Source: an uncultured Bacteroidota bacterium
GTDB lineage: Bacteria; Bacteroidota; Ignavibacteria; UBA10030; UBA6906
NCBI GenBank assembly: GCA_963700635.1
Contig: CAVOYH010000003.1
Location: 1,184,001 to 1,248,000, forward strand
DNA length: 64,000 nucleotides
Direction: 5' to 3'
Below are positions 37,969-47,690 of this stretch, piece by piece (position 1 is the first letter of the stretch; every line of letters begins with the position of its first letter). A program made the translations under genes and the position numbers. The notes under the pieces are model-generated. The model did not search any database. It saw nothing but the letters and a program-made list of their open reading frames with translations, and was not told the DNA's origin.

Positions 37969-40808
37969 CAGAAGTCCCATCCGAAAAAGAACTGATGAAA
38001 GATGCCGTTCTGAAATCGTGAAAAATTGTCTTCGATACGTTTTCCCACGTCATACCGCAGGACGAGGAATCCTCCCAGGTTCATCCGCAGCCCTGCTCCG
38101 GTGCTCCCCAGGGTCTCGACATAGCTGCGGTCCCAGGCTCCGCCCGCATCGACGAACAACGCGCCGCGAATGGAGAAGAAACTTAGCCCGAATATCGGAA
38201 AGCGGATTGCGAGTTCGTCGATGAACGGAAAACGTAATTCATGGCTGGTAAGCCAGAGCTTCTCCCCCCGGATAGTCCACCGATCGAATCCGCGTAGGTC
38301 CCAGCTTCCCCCCATCACAAAACGGCGCGACTCTTTGCCATGATTGTAAAAGACCCAGAAACGGGATGCGAACGCGCTTCGTTGTGAAAGGCGTGCGTAG
38401 TGACGGTAATCGGCGATGACGGTAAAATAGTTGACGTTTGAATATTGGATATCCGACGTGTACGCAAGGGTAAGATTGAACCGGCTGCCGTCCAGCGGGC
38501 CGCTGGGCCCCCAGAGGGAATTATCGTGTGTCAGGGATATCGAATTGGAGACGAGCAGCGCTTTCCGTTGTTCGATGGTTCCGTCCACTTCACGGTTGGA
38601 ATTACTCAGACTGATCCCCGTTTCAATACGCTGAAATTTCGTGAGGGGGTAACTCAGCGCAAAGTACCCTCCGAAGACACGTTCGTAGTAAAACTCATCC
38701 TTTGACGTAAGATCGTAGCGCCTGCCCGTGAAGCGATAAATGCCGTATGCGTAACTTGTGCGCTGACTCAGTGAGATTCGCGAGATGGCAATATTAAAAC
38801 TTGACAGGAGCTCGTCCTGTGACTGGGCGGTATTATAGAGAAGAAAGTAGTACTGGTCGTTGCCAAGGAGGTCGCTTAATGCCACAAAAGCGCCGCCGGA
38901 CGTGCCGAATACCGGATCGGTGGAGATGGCGCTCTGGGCGATATCCAGACTGTAGTCTCCCCGGTATTTGAGTCGTTCCACGCCGGACTCCCCGGAAATC
39001 GAGCGCGCCTCCCACGGCCGTTCTCTGTCATACAGGTCCATGATGCGGACCGTGGTTGACGTGTCGCGGACCGACCGTACGTTTTGCAGGGATTGCAGCC
39101 GGAAGCTGAACCGTTCAAAGGTGGCGAACACGAGGTCCCCTGATGACGTCCACGCCGGGTCAAAAGCCGAAGTGACAAACGACGTGACGCGTGTCATCGT
39201 GCGCATTCCGCCCGGATGTGTTTTGTTCGGGTCCGTGATCCATATATTGCTGGTGCCGTCAACATCGGAGGTGAATGCCAGCATGGAGCCGTCACGGGAC
39301 CATGCGGGGGATGCGTCGAGTTGAGCACCGCATGTAATGTACCGTATGTCGTTGCTGGTGAGGTCGAAGAGGAACAAATTGTATTTTCCCTGCTGGCCAT
39401 ACGGAGTCCGGTCGGAACTGAACGCGATCTGATCGCCGGTTGGAGACCAGGCCGGATCACGATCGTCAAAGTAGTCTTTGGTCAGCCGTTGCAGCGCGCG
39501 GGTTTTGGTATTGAGCATGTACAGGTCATTCTGTCCCGCCCTGTCAATGGCCGAGAAAGCGACACGTATGCCATCTGCTGCCCAGGACGTGGAACCAATG
39601 CTGACAATATCACGGAACCGGAACGTGTCAACGAGGTCATCGGCAAGGACGTCGTACAGATGCAGGGCATCGTGTTCGCCGCTTTTGGTAACAAACGCGA
39701 GTGTTCCTTGACGCGAAATGTCAATGCGACTCCGGAAGGGATGGAAGGCCTCAAATTCGTCGGTCTGTTCTCCCTCCACGACGTTCTCGGCGTCCTCCTC
39801 GTCCCTGTCCCCCGGCTTCTTCTCACGGAGAGCTTTCCGATAGATTCCCGTATATCCGGTCCGATTCCCGATGAAGTACACCTCGCGTGTCGTGTCGTGC
39901 TCGAACACCACGGGCTTGCTGCTAAAGCCTTCCATGGCGACCTTGCGCATCACCTTGCTGGGTTGATCTTTTGACGCGAGCAGGGGGTAATACTGTTTCT
40001 TCAGCTGGTATAACCACTCTTCATCAAATTCCTTGAATGTTTTTCCGATGGTTGTCTTCAGGAGATCATTAAAGGACGGTTCTTTCCAGAAGTTTTCCAT
40101 CAGGAGAAGGATTTTCTCTTCACCATAGTGCTTGCCGATGTGCATCAGGATGTTCTGCCCCGCCTTGTACATAAGGAAGGAGCCGTAAATGCGTGGCATG
40201 TCCTCAAGTCCGACAATGATATTGCTCAGGACAGCGTCTCTCATCACCATCTCCGCCTGTGAATCCCATTCGGTCGACCAGTATTCCGCGAGACCTTCCA
40301 CGAACCAGAGTGGTGGATACCGGTCCTGGGTCTTCCGATGATCGGTAAGAACTCGACTCACCTTGCTGTGCATAAACACGTGGACCAGTTCATGTCTGAT
40401 GACGTGGCGGAACTGGGAGGTGGAACCGTCGGAGGGAATGACAACCCGGCCTTTCAGGAATTCAAAAAAACCGCCGACGCCTTCGGGGATAAATCCCCCG
40501 ATCGTGTTCGTCTGTTGAAAATGGAGATGGGAACTGTAGAAAATCAGGGGGACGCGTGTATTCAGGGAGTGATTAAACCGGACTTCGAGGCCGCGGTATG
40601 CTTCTTCGGCAAAAAACGCCCCCCTCTCCGCCAGCTCCTTCATTTCGGGATAATAGTAAATGTCAAAGTGCTCGGTCTTGAGGACGTGCCACTCAAAATC
40701 GGTATACTGCACTTTGTTCCGCCCGAAGTAGAAGAACTGTGCATGCGCAATCGCACCGATCGTTACAAGGGTGAAAAGAAGGAACATTCTGAAGGAAAAA
40801 CGCTTCAT
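37968..40808 (-). CDS. Omp85-family protein with N-terminal Zn-peptidase-like domain and PD40/TolB-like propeller
   Basis: Signal peptide; HELVH...WFVEGLAEY; repeated PAWSP/DG...AF.SD units; barrel with LRGF, FVDAG and terminal FFFGWDF. Confidence 0.85.
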   Translation of the reverse strand: MKRFSFRMFLLFTLVTIGAIAHAQFFYFGRNKVQYTDFEWHVLKTEHFDIYYYPEMKELAERGAFFAEEAYRGLEVRFNHSLNTRVPLIFYSSHLHFQQTNTIGGFIPEGVGGFFEFLKGRVVIPSDGSTSQFRHVIRHELVHVFMHSKVSRVLTDHRKTQDRYPPLWFVEGLAEYWSTEWDSQAEMVMRDAVLSNIIVGLEDMPRIYGSFLMYKAGQNILMHIGKHYGEEKILLLMENFWKEPSFNDLLKTTIGKTFKEFDEEWLYQLKKQYYPLLASKDQPSKVMRKVAMEGFSSKPVVFEHDTTREVYFIGNRTGYTGIYRKALREKKPGDRDEEDAENVVEGEQTDEFEAFHPFRSRIDISRQGTLAFVTKSGEHDALHLYDVLADDLVDTFRFRDIVSIGSTSWAADGIRVAFSAIDRAGQNDLYMLNTKTRALQRLTKDYFDDRDPAWSPTGDQIAFSSDRTPYGQQGKYNLFLFDLTSNDIRYITCGAQLDASPAWSRDGSMLAFTSDVDGTSNIWITDPNKTHPGGMRTMTRVTSFVTSAFDPAWTSSGDLVFATFERFSFRLQSLQNVRSVRDTSTTVRIMDLYDRERPWEARSISGESGVERLKYRGDYSLDIAQSAISTDPVFGTSGGAFVALSDLLGNDQYYFLLYNTAQSQDELLSSFNIAISRISLSQRTSYAYGIYRFTGRRYDLTSKDEFYYERVFGGYFALSYPLTKFQRIETGISLSNSNREVDGTIEQRKALLVSNSISLTHDNSLWGPSGPLDGSRFNLTLAYTSDIQYSNVNYFTVIADYRHYARLSQRSAFASRFWVFYNHGKESRRFVMGGSWDLRGFDRWTIRGEKLWLTSHELRFPFIDELAIRFPIFGLSFFSIRGALFVDAGGAWDRSYVETLGSTGAGLRMNLGGFLVLRYDVGKRIEDNFSRFQNGIFHQFFFGWDF

Positions 40809-40849
40809 GGCCGGCCCGACAAATTCCAGATGCACAACATCTTCATTTT

Positions 40850-40878
40850 ATGGTAGAAAGTTTCCGGAGAAGTTGCAA
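40850..40878 (-). promoter_or_regulatory. sigma70-type promoter of the Omp85/BamB-like/PEGA operon
   Basis: On the minus strand, TTGCAA-N17-TACCAT. Confidence 0.5.
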
Positions 40879-41005
40879 CCAGGAGGACTCGTCCCCTTGG
40901 ACCCGCGCGGACGCGCCTTCCACGTAAAAGAAACGTTGATTATCGGTTCACCGGGAGCGATATTGTCTTCCACACAATCGCCTTTGGGAGAACACGGAGC
41001 AAGTC

Positions 41006-42088
41006 ATGAGCACAGCACTATCCTTTCGCAGGGATGCCGCCCTGGACCTTGTTTCTCTTGGTGCCCTGGTGCACCGGCTGGATACGGGAATCACCCCGTT
41101 TCGAAAAGCAATGGATTGTCGTATTCACGTCAGCGGTGGAGAGTTTAATGTCGCCGCAAACATGGCGGATTGTTTCCGGATGAACACGGGTATTGCGACT
41201 GCGATCGTGGACTACCCAATCGGGGAACTGATCGCTGAGCGCGTGCGCGCGCTGGGTGTACGGCCATTCTACAAAAGGTTCACACACAACGGTGTAACCG
41301 GGCCGAACATGGCCACCGTGTACAGTGACCGCGGACGAGGCGTGCGCGCCCCCGTGGTATTCTACAATCGCAGCAATGAAGCTGCCGCGCTGCTGAAGCC
41401 GGGTGACTTCGACTGGCCTGCCATTTTCAGCGGTGGTGTCAAGTGGTTCCACAGCGGAGGGATTTTCGCCGCGCTGTCCGAGACAACCCCTGAGGTTATC
41501 GTTGAAGGGATGAAGGCGGCCCGGAAGGAGGGCGCAATTACCAGCTTTGACCTCAACTACAGGGAGAAACTGTGGCATATCCGGGGCGGACAGCAGAAGG
41601 CCGTCGAGGTGATGAAGCGGATCGTTGACCATGTGGACGTGCTCGTCGGGAACGAAGAAGATCTCCAAAAGTGTCTCCGGATCCCCGGTCCGGAGGTGAA
41701 GGCAACATCCCCGCTCGACCCGGCCGCGTTCTTTTCCATGACCAACACCGTTCTGAAGAGACATCCCCATCTTCACTGTGTCGCGACCACTCTGCGCGAA
41801 GTGCATTCGGCGAACCGGCATAGCTGGAGCGCAGTGGCATGGTGTAACGGGAGAAGATGTGCTGCACCGACAGTCGAACTCGATGTGTTCGACCGCGTTG
41901 GAGGAGGAGATGGATTTGTCAGCGGCTTAATCTATGGACTGCTCTCCGGTGAGACTCCCGACGAGGCCGTAAAATTGGGGTGGGCACACGGGGCACTCCT
42001 GACAACATTCCCGGGTGACACGACCATGGCGACAGCCGAGCAGGTCCACGCTTTTGCAGACGGAAATTCGGCGCGCATTCAACGTTAG
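41006..42088 (+). CDS. PfkB-family sugar kinase (2-keto-3-deoxygluconate kinase-like)
   Basis: GGEFNVA, SFDLNYR, VGNEED, DRVGGGDGF. Confidence 0.88.
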   Translation: MSTALSFRRDAALDLVSLGALVHRLDTGITPFRKAMDCRIHVSGGEFNVAANMADCFRMNTGIATAIVDYPIGELIAERVRALGVRPFYKRFTHNGVTGPNMATVYSDRGRGVRAPVVFYNRSNEAAALLKPGDFDWPAIFSGGVKWFHSGGIFAALSETTPEVIVEGMKAARKEGAITSFDLNYREKLWHIRGGQQKAVEVMKRIVDHVDVLVGNEEDLQKCLRIPGPEVKATSPLDPAAFFSMTNTVLKRHPHLHCVATTLREVHSANRHSWSAVAWCNGRRCAAPTVELDVFDRVGGGDGFVSGLIYGLLSGETPDEAVKLGWAHGALLTTFPGDTTMATAEQVHAFADGNSARIQR

Positions 42089-42237
42089 CCGCCCGGGTGG
42101 GCACAAAGGTGAAAGGGAGGAATCTCACCGCGCAAGGAGAAAGCTGTTGCCGCTGTGTCAGAAAAAGCGGCGGTCAGGACAACTCCGTTTCCGGTGTTCT
42201 TCCTCAACCGCCGTGGTCACGGCGGGGGGCTCGACGC

Positions 42238-42333
42238 CTACCAGGCAGTTCCATTCCGGAAGACCGTCGCAATGAGAATCAGCACAAGCGTAAGAACCGC
42301 GACACCGGCGGCGACATAGTGTTGTTTTTTCAT
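42238..42333 (-). CDS. Putative 31-aa single-pass membrane peptide
   Basis: Manual translation gives MKKQHYVAAGVAVLTLVLILIATVFRNGTAW*. Its ATG overlaps the pgi/pmi TGA (ATGA). Below the ORF-track size cutoff. Confidence 0.5.
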   Translation of the reverse strand: MKKQHYVAAGVAVLTLVLILIATVFRNGTAW

Positions 42334-43382
42334 TGCACCTTTCCCAATTCAGTCTTGAGATAATTGATTACCGCGACCGGCGTCGGATCTTCACCATGCA
42401 GAAGTCCCAGATAATAACTCACCCAATCCCCCAGATAAATCAATGAAAACATCCGCGCCAACAATCCATCCCCCTCACTCCATACTTCTGTCACATGTGT
42501 TGTATATTTTTTGATGATTTCCCTTGTAATCCCCATCCGGATCTGCACACGGGCATGATCGGCGCGGTCGCGGAGGAATATCACGTGCATTTCGCGCATC
42601 TCGTTCTCCAGAACCTTCCATCCCACCAGCTCATTGTGATTCATTTCGGGCAGCACGTGACCAAAGGCGAGGGATTTACCGTTTTCGGCGATTTGTCCTC
42701 GCCAGCGGGTGTTCACGGTGTCAAATCGTTCGGTCGAGGAGTAGCAGACGACCAAACGGTTTTTCATTTTCATAGCAAGCGCAAGCGCAGGATTAGAGAC
42801 GGGGTCGGGAGAAACGTACGCATCCGCTTTGGCGGCTAATAATGAAAGCGTTTCCTTGATTTCCTTCTGCTTGTTCCTGATGAGGCCGAGTTTTGACAGC
42901 GTCAACAGGAGTGGAAAAAAGGAGTATCCGAGTGCCGCGCGCGGGGGGAGCCCGCCGGGAACCTTGATAAAAGGGGACCTGGCCTTGTGCGCCAGTGTTT
43001 CGGTAAAGCCGTTCGAGGAGATACAAACGATGCGGGCCTTCCGCTTTACTGCTTCCCGGTGTGCGGCATTGGTCTCCTCCGTGTTGCCGGAGTAGCTGGA
43101 GATAAACAGGAGAGTGTTCGGGCCCACGAATTTCGGGAGCGTGTAATGCCGGTTGACGAGGAATGGTACCGGCAGTTCATCGGCGAGGTATGATCGAAGC
43201 AGATCCCCTCCGATGGCCGATCCCCCGAGTCCGCAGACAACAATGTTTCGTATGCCAGTTGTGCGGAGGCGAACCTGGGCGTTCCGGCCGATTTCCAACG
43301 CCTCAGAAACCTGAGCGGGGAAGTCGCGGAGAAGCGAAAACATATTGGCTTTATCGATACCTGCAAGAGTCTCGGAAATCAT
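42330..43382 (-). CDS. Bifunctional phosphoglucose/phosphomannose isomerase
   Basis: GLGGSAIGG, SYSGNTEET, PPRAA, QIAENGK, PEMNHNE, DPTPV. Confidence 0.92.
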   Translation of the reverse strand: MISETLAGIDKANMFSLLRDFPAQVSEALEIGRNAQVRLRTTGIRNIVVCGLGGSAIGGDLLRSYLADELPVPFLVNRHYTLPKFVGPNTLLFISSYSGNTEETNAAHREAVKRKARIVCISSNGFTETLAHKARSPFIKVPGGLPPRAALGYSFFPLLLTLSKLGLIRNKQKEIKETLSLLAAKADAYVSPDPVSNPALALAMKMKNRLVVCYSSTERFDTVNTRWRGQIAENGKSLAFGHVLPEMNHNELVGWKVLENEMREMHVIFLRDRADHARVQIRMGITREIIKKYTTHVTEVWSEGDGLLARMFSLIYLGDWVSYYLGLLHGEDPTPVAVINYLKTELGKVQ

Positions 43383-43423
43383 GTTCTTCTTTCTCTTTTG
43401 GGGATACATGGGCTGTAGTCGGG

Positions 43424-45187
43424 TTACTCTTCGAAGGGAATTTCGGGCACTTTGTTTCGTATAATGGACGACAGGTACTCACGGATTTCAGGACCACGGG
43501 TCATGCCGAGGACTTTTTCCGCCACCCGCCGGGCGTCTTTATATTTGATGGACCGGATGATCTTTTTTATCTCCGGAAGGACGTGAGGAATAACGCTGAG
43601 CTCGTCCACGCCCAGTCCGACGAGCAGAACGGTTGCGATCGGATCTCCGCCCATTTCGCCGCAGACACCCACCCAGTTCTTTTTTTTGTGCGCAGCCTCT
43701 ACGATCTGATGGATGGTGCGGATCACTGCAGGATGAAACGGTTGGTACAACGCGGCAACCGCATCGTTGCCACGGTCCACGGCCATCATGTACTGTACCA
43801 GGTCGTTTGTCCCGATACTGAGAAAGTCCACTTCCGCGGCAATCTGTTCGGCCATGAGGGCGGCGCTCGGGACTTCGATCATCACGCCGATTTTCATTTT
43901 TGCGTCAAAGGGAACGCCCTGCGTACGGAGTTCTTCCTGGGCTTGCCGGATGAAGGCCCTGGCGTGTTGTACCTCTTCGATGGTTGCGATCATGGGAAAC
44001 ATGACCCGCACATTACGTCGGACGCTCGCGCGGATAATAGCGCGCAGCTGGTCAAGAAAGATCTCAGGCCGGTCCAGCAGGACGCGGATACCGCGCCAGC
44101 CGAGGAACGGATTTTCTTCATGATGTGCACTGGGAGAAAGTTTGTCGCCCCCGACGTCGAACGTCCGGAAAATCACCGGATGGGGGAAAGCGGCATCTGC
44201 GACCTGCGTGTACACCTGAGTCTGCTCCTCTTCGCTGGGATATTCCGCCCGCCCGATCAGCAGACTTTCGGTACGGAACAAGCCAACCCCCTCCGATCCC
44301 TGGACTTTTGCAAACTCGATCTCATCGGGTAATTCGATATTGGAAGAAAGTTCGATGTGTTTACGGTCGAGGGTTTCTGCCGGCAATCCGGCGATACCCG
44401 CGAGTTTCTCTTCAAAGGCCCTGAACCGGCCGGCCTTAGCGTCGAGGGCCTGCAGTGTCGCCCCGGAGGGATTGATGATGAGTAGGCCGGCGTAGCCATC
44501 GATGGCGACCGTATCGCCCGTTTTGACCACACGCGTTGCGTTTCTGAGTCCGACCACAGCCGGGATCTTGAGGGTTCTGGAGAGCAGGGCAGCATGTGAT
44601 GTTACACCGCCCAGATCGGTGGCATACCCGAGAACGTTGTTCCTGCTGAATATTACGGTGTCTGCGGGGGCCAGCTTCTCCGAAATGATGATTGATGCAC
44701 CTTCCAGACGGGAAAAAAGTTTCTGATCCTGGATATTACGAATGATTCTGTTCATCACGTCGTCCACGTCATGCGCGCGTTCGTGCATGTATTCATTCGT
44801 GGAGGCCATCATCAACTGTTTGTACTTGCTGATCTCATCGGACACGACATATTCGGCGTTCCGGAGTTCGTCAACAATCCTGCGTTCTATGGTGCCCATG
44901 AGGATGGTATCACCGAGGATCATGATCTGCGCTTCAAAAATCGTCGCACTGTCAGAACCAAGTTTTTGTTCGGCGAAGGCATGAACTTTCCGGAGTTCCT
45001 TTTCCGCACGGGCGTTTGCGTTGCGAAGGCGTTCGATTTCGGCGGGGACGTCCTCGGGAGTGATGATGCGTGCATGGACTTCCGGTATCAGTTTGGAATA
45101 GAGATAGGCGGAGCCCGTCGCGATGCCGGGGGCGGCCGCGACACCCTTGATAATAAATTCATTGTGCGTGTCAGCTTCTTGCGTCAT
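43424..45187 (-). CDS. ptsI: PTS enzyme I (PEP-protein phosphotransferase)
   Basis: GGVTSHAA (phospho-His), GVGLFRTE, RTFDVGGDK, NPFLGWRGIR, SIGTNDL, VCGEM. Confidence 0.95.
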   Translation of the reverse strand: MTQEADTHNEFIIKGVAAAPGIATGSAYLYSKLIPEVHARIITPEDVPAEIERLRNANARAEKELRKVHAFAEQKLGSDSATIFEAQIMILGDTILMGTIERRIVDELRNAEYVVSDEISKYKQLMMASTNEYMHERAHDVDDVMNRIIRNIQDQKLFSRLEGASIIISEKLAPADTVIFSRNNVLGYATDLGGVTSHAALLSRTLKIPAVVGLRNATRVVKTGDTVAIDGYAGLLIINPSGATLQALDAKAGRFRAFEEKLAGIAGLPAETLDRKHIELSSNIELPDEIEFAKVQGSEGVGLFRTESLLIGRAEYPSEEEQTQVYTQVADAAFPHPVIFRTFDVGGDKLSPSAHHEENPFLGWRGIRVLLDRPEIFLDQLRAIIRASVRRNVRVMFPMIATIEEVQHARAFIRQAQEELRTQGVPFDAKMKIGVMIEVPSAALMAEQIAAEVDFLSIGTNDLVQYMMAVDRGNDAVAALYQPFHPAVIRTIHQIVEAAHKKKNWVGVCGEMGGDPIATVLLVGLGVDELSVIPHVLPEIKKIIRSIKYKDARRVAEKVLGMTRGPEIREYLSSIIRNKVPEIPFEE

Positions 45188-45188
45188 A

Positions 45189-45455
45189 TCAGTTCTCCCC
45201 GAACCCCTGTTCGAACAGTTCCACCAATGCCGTGGCCGCCTGCTCTTCATCGGGACCGTTGAAGATCAGTTTCATTGACGACCCCTGTTCGGCGGCGAGC
45301 GTCATGACTCCGATGATGCTCTTCCCGTTGATTTCAAAGATTCCCTTTTTGATGAAGAAGTCAGCTTTAAACCGGGAAGCGGTCTTTACAATCGCAGCCG
45401 CGGGACGTGTGTGCAGGCCTGCTTTGTTCACTATGGTGACAGTGCGTTCGACCAT
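45189..45455 (-). CDS. ptsH: Phosphocarrier protein HPr
   Basis: GLHTRPAA (His15) and NGKSIIGVM (Ser46). Confidence 0.96.
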   Translation of the reverse strand: MVERTVTIVNKAGLHTRPAAAIVKTASRFKADFFIKKGIFEINGKSIIGVMTLAAEQGSSMKLIFNGPDEEQAATALVELFEQGFGEN

Positions 45456-45462
45456 GCGCTGC

Positions 45463-46479
45463 TCAGGAAACCCTGTGGATTAATTTCTGTGCCAGCCAGG
45501 ACAGCATCTCTTGCGCCGCGGTTGGCGGGAGCGCGCGAAGAGCCTGGGTTGCCCGCCGGGTATTGTGCTGCACCGCGGTGCGTGTGTCGTTGATGACGCC
45601 ATAGACATCGTACAATGATCGTACGGTGGCCACAAGCTGCCGGCGTTGTGCAGGGGATTCCGGACGTGTCGGAGGTCTTGTTTTCCGCTTGAGAACCCGT
45701 TCGAGCAGGACCCTGTCGGACTTTCGTGCACGCTCCATCGCCGTGAGCAGGAGGTACGTACGTTTGCCTTCCAGAATATCCCCCCCGATCTTCTTCCCGA
45801 AATACTTCTCTTCGCCGATGACATCCAGAAGATCATCCTGCAACTGGAATGCCCGGCCGAGATACCGGCCGAATGTGCGCAGCCCTTTCACCTCGGCCGG
45901 GGATCCGCCTCCGATCCTGGCGCCGAGTTCCGTTGCCACCGTGATCAGCCGGCCGGTTTTCTGCTCGATCATGGCAAAATAATCGGCCACCGTGATGTCT
46001 TCCCGCCGTTCAAATTCAAGATCGAGGGCCTGCCCCTCGCACACGTTGATGACACTCTCCGTGAACAGCTGGAGAAGAAACTTCTGGTTTTCTGCTGCAG
46101 TCTTGAGCAGACGATCATAGGCGACGGCGAGCAGCGTGTCACCCGTAAGCAGAGCTGTGTTCAGATCCCATCGGACATGCACCGTAGCCCGCCCCCTCCG
46201 CGTCCGGGCGTGATCCATGATGTCATCGTGGACCAATGTGAAGTTGTGCATAATTTCGACGGCGGCACCTGCCGGCAGTGCCTTTGTTACTGACCCGCCC
46301 ACCGCCTCGCTTGAAAGGAGCACCAGAATGGCACGCAGGCGCTTTCCCCCTCCGGTGAGAACATACGCACACGCTTTGCGGAGTTGCCGGGGGGGCCCCG
46401 GGGTGATGATCGCCGCCAGATGGCGGTCTACCCGGCGACGCAACCGTTCATACCGGGGATAAAAATGGTTCTTGGTCAC
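45463..46479 (-). CDS. Polyprenyl diphosphate synthase (GGPP/FPP synthase type)
   Basis: GGKRLR, LVHDDIMD..TRRG, GQALD, KTG, FQLQDDLLD. The GTG start overlaps the fni stop. Confidence 0.92.
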   Translation of the reverse strand: MTKNHFYPRYERLRRRVDRHLAAIITPGPPRQLRKACAYVLTGGGKRLRAILVLLSSEAVGGSVTKALPAGAAVEIMHNFTLVHDDIMDHARTRRGRATVHVRWDLNTALLTGDTLLAVAYDRLLKTAAENQKFLLQLFTESVINVCEGQALDLEFERREDITVADYFAMIEQKTGRLITVATELGARIGGGSPAEVKGLRTFGRYLGRAFQLQDDLLDVIGEEKYFGKKIGGDILEGKRTYLLLTAMERARKSDRVLLERVLKRKTRPPTRPESPAQRRQLVATVRSLYDVYGVINDTRTAVQHNTRRATQALRALPPTAAQEMLSWLAQKLIHRVS

Positions 46480-47531
46480 GAGGCGCTCCTCCTGAGGAGG
46501 GGTTTTGTCTGAAGGTCGGCAATCGTGCGCGCGCCTGTAAGGAACATCACGCTCCGGAGTTCCCCGGTCCATTGCTGAATCAATCGCAAAAGGTTTGTTT
46601 TTCCGCCGGCATTAAGCGCGCTCAACATCGGTCGCGCCGAAGATGCAAGATCTGCTCCGAGCGCGATACTTCGCGCAACATCCAATCCGGAACTGATTCC
46701 GCCCGATGCGATGAGGGTGAACGGTGGCGCGCCGGGCCGCAACGACGCAGCGTCCCGCACGGCCGTTGCTGTCGGAATCCCCCAGTCCCAGAACAGCTCC
46801 CGGCGCTCCGGTTTACGCCGGCGGAGTATCTCCACGCCCGCCCAGCTTGTTCCCCCGGCTCCTGCCACATCCACGTACCGGACGCCGGCTTCGAGCAGTT
46901 GCCGGACAACGTCACGGGAAAGCCCCGCGCCCACCTCTTTGACAATCACCGGAATGGGGAGCTCGCGCACCATACGTGTTATCCCATTCAGGACGCCGCG
47001 GAACCGGGGTGTGCCTTCCGGTTGGAGAAGTTCCTGGAGGGGGTTGAGATGGATGGCCATGGCGTCCGCCCTGGTGAGGGCGATGAGGCGCAGCATCGCA
47101 CCGGCGTCTTTCATGGAGGCTACCTCCGCAGCACCGATATTGCCGATGATGGGGATGCCCGGCGCAACGTCGCGTACCACCGAAAACGTCTTGTGGTAGG
47201 TTGTATCTTCGAGGGCCTGTCGTTGACTCCCGACTCCCATGGCGATCCCTGTCTGTTCACACACGGCGGCGAGTTCACGATTGATACGTCCTGCCCCTGC
47301 GTACCCGCCGGTCATACAGGAGACCATGAGGGGAGCTCTGAGCACGTGTCCGAGAAATTCTGTGGAACAATCAATGTCTGCGAAGTCGAGCTCCGGGAGG
47401 GCGTTGTGCACGAACTCCCACTCCTCGAGGCCTGTTGATTTTGACCGAAAAGTCACGTTCTTCTTCAGGACGAGGTCCACATGCTGAGCCTTGCGGGCAA
47501 TGGTACTACGGGGAGGGGATCGTTTGGGCAT
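46476..47531 (-). CDS. fni: Type 2 isopentenyl-diphosphate delta-isomerase
   Basis: RKAQH, MTGG, MGVGSQR, HLNPLQE, VKEVGAG, AGAGGTSW, WGIPT, ASGG. Start set at MPKR. Confidence 0.95.
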   Translation of the reverse strand: MPKRSPPRSTIARKAQHVDLVLKKNVTFRSKSTGLEEWEFVHNALPELDFADIDCSTEFLGHVLRAPLMVSCMTGGYAGAGRINRELAAVCEQTGIAMGVGSQRQALEDTTYHKTFSVVRDVAPGIPIIGNIGAAEVASMKDAGAMLRLIALTRADAMAIHLNPLQELLQPEGTPRFRGVLNGITRMVRELPIPVIVKEVGAGLSRDVVRQLLEAGVRYVDVAGAGGTSWAGVEILRRRKPERRELFWDWGIPTATAVRDAASLRPGAPPFTLIASGGISSGLDVARSIALGADLASSARPMLSALNAGGKTNLLRLIQQWTGELRSVMFLTGARTIADLQTKPLLRRSAS

Positions 47532-47568
47532 GCAGGTCGGTGGCGTTGTGCTCCGGTTGCTTGTCCGC

Positions 47569-47661
47569 AACATACACAATTCGCGAGCGAATTTCAATCC
47601 CGTGATGCGGGTCACAGGGCTCACACAGTGTGTTGCTTCTCTCTCGGGAGTTGTGTACCAT
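47569..47661. promoter_or_regulatory. Divergent sigma70 promoters with a central CRP-like box
   Basis: Minus strand: TTGAAA-N17-TATGTT (47597-47569). Plus strand: TTGCTT-N17-TACCAT (47633-47661). CGTGA-N6-TCACA at 47601-47616. Confidence 0.55.
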
Positions 47662-47690
47662 GTACTGATTTTTGAACCGGAATCCCTTAT

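Noticed and set aside
43163-44332. 389-aa plus-strand ORF, and similar long ORFs at 606-1412, 19002-19823, 41018-41821, 46572-47438 and 50579-51424
   Set aside because: Antisense shadows of well-supported genes in GC-rich DNA, with no recognisable motifs.
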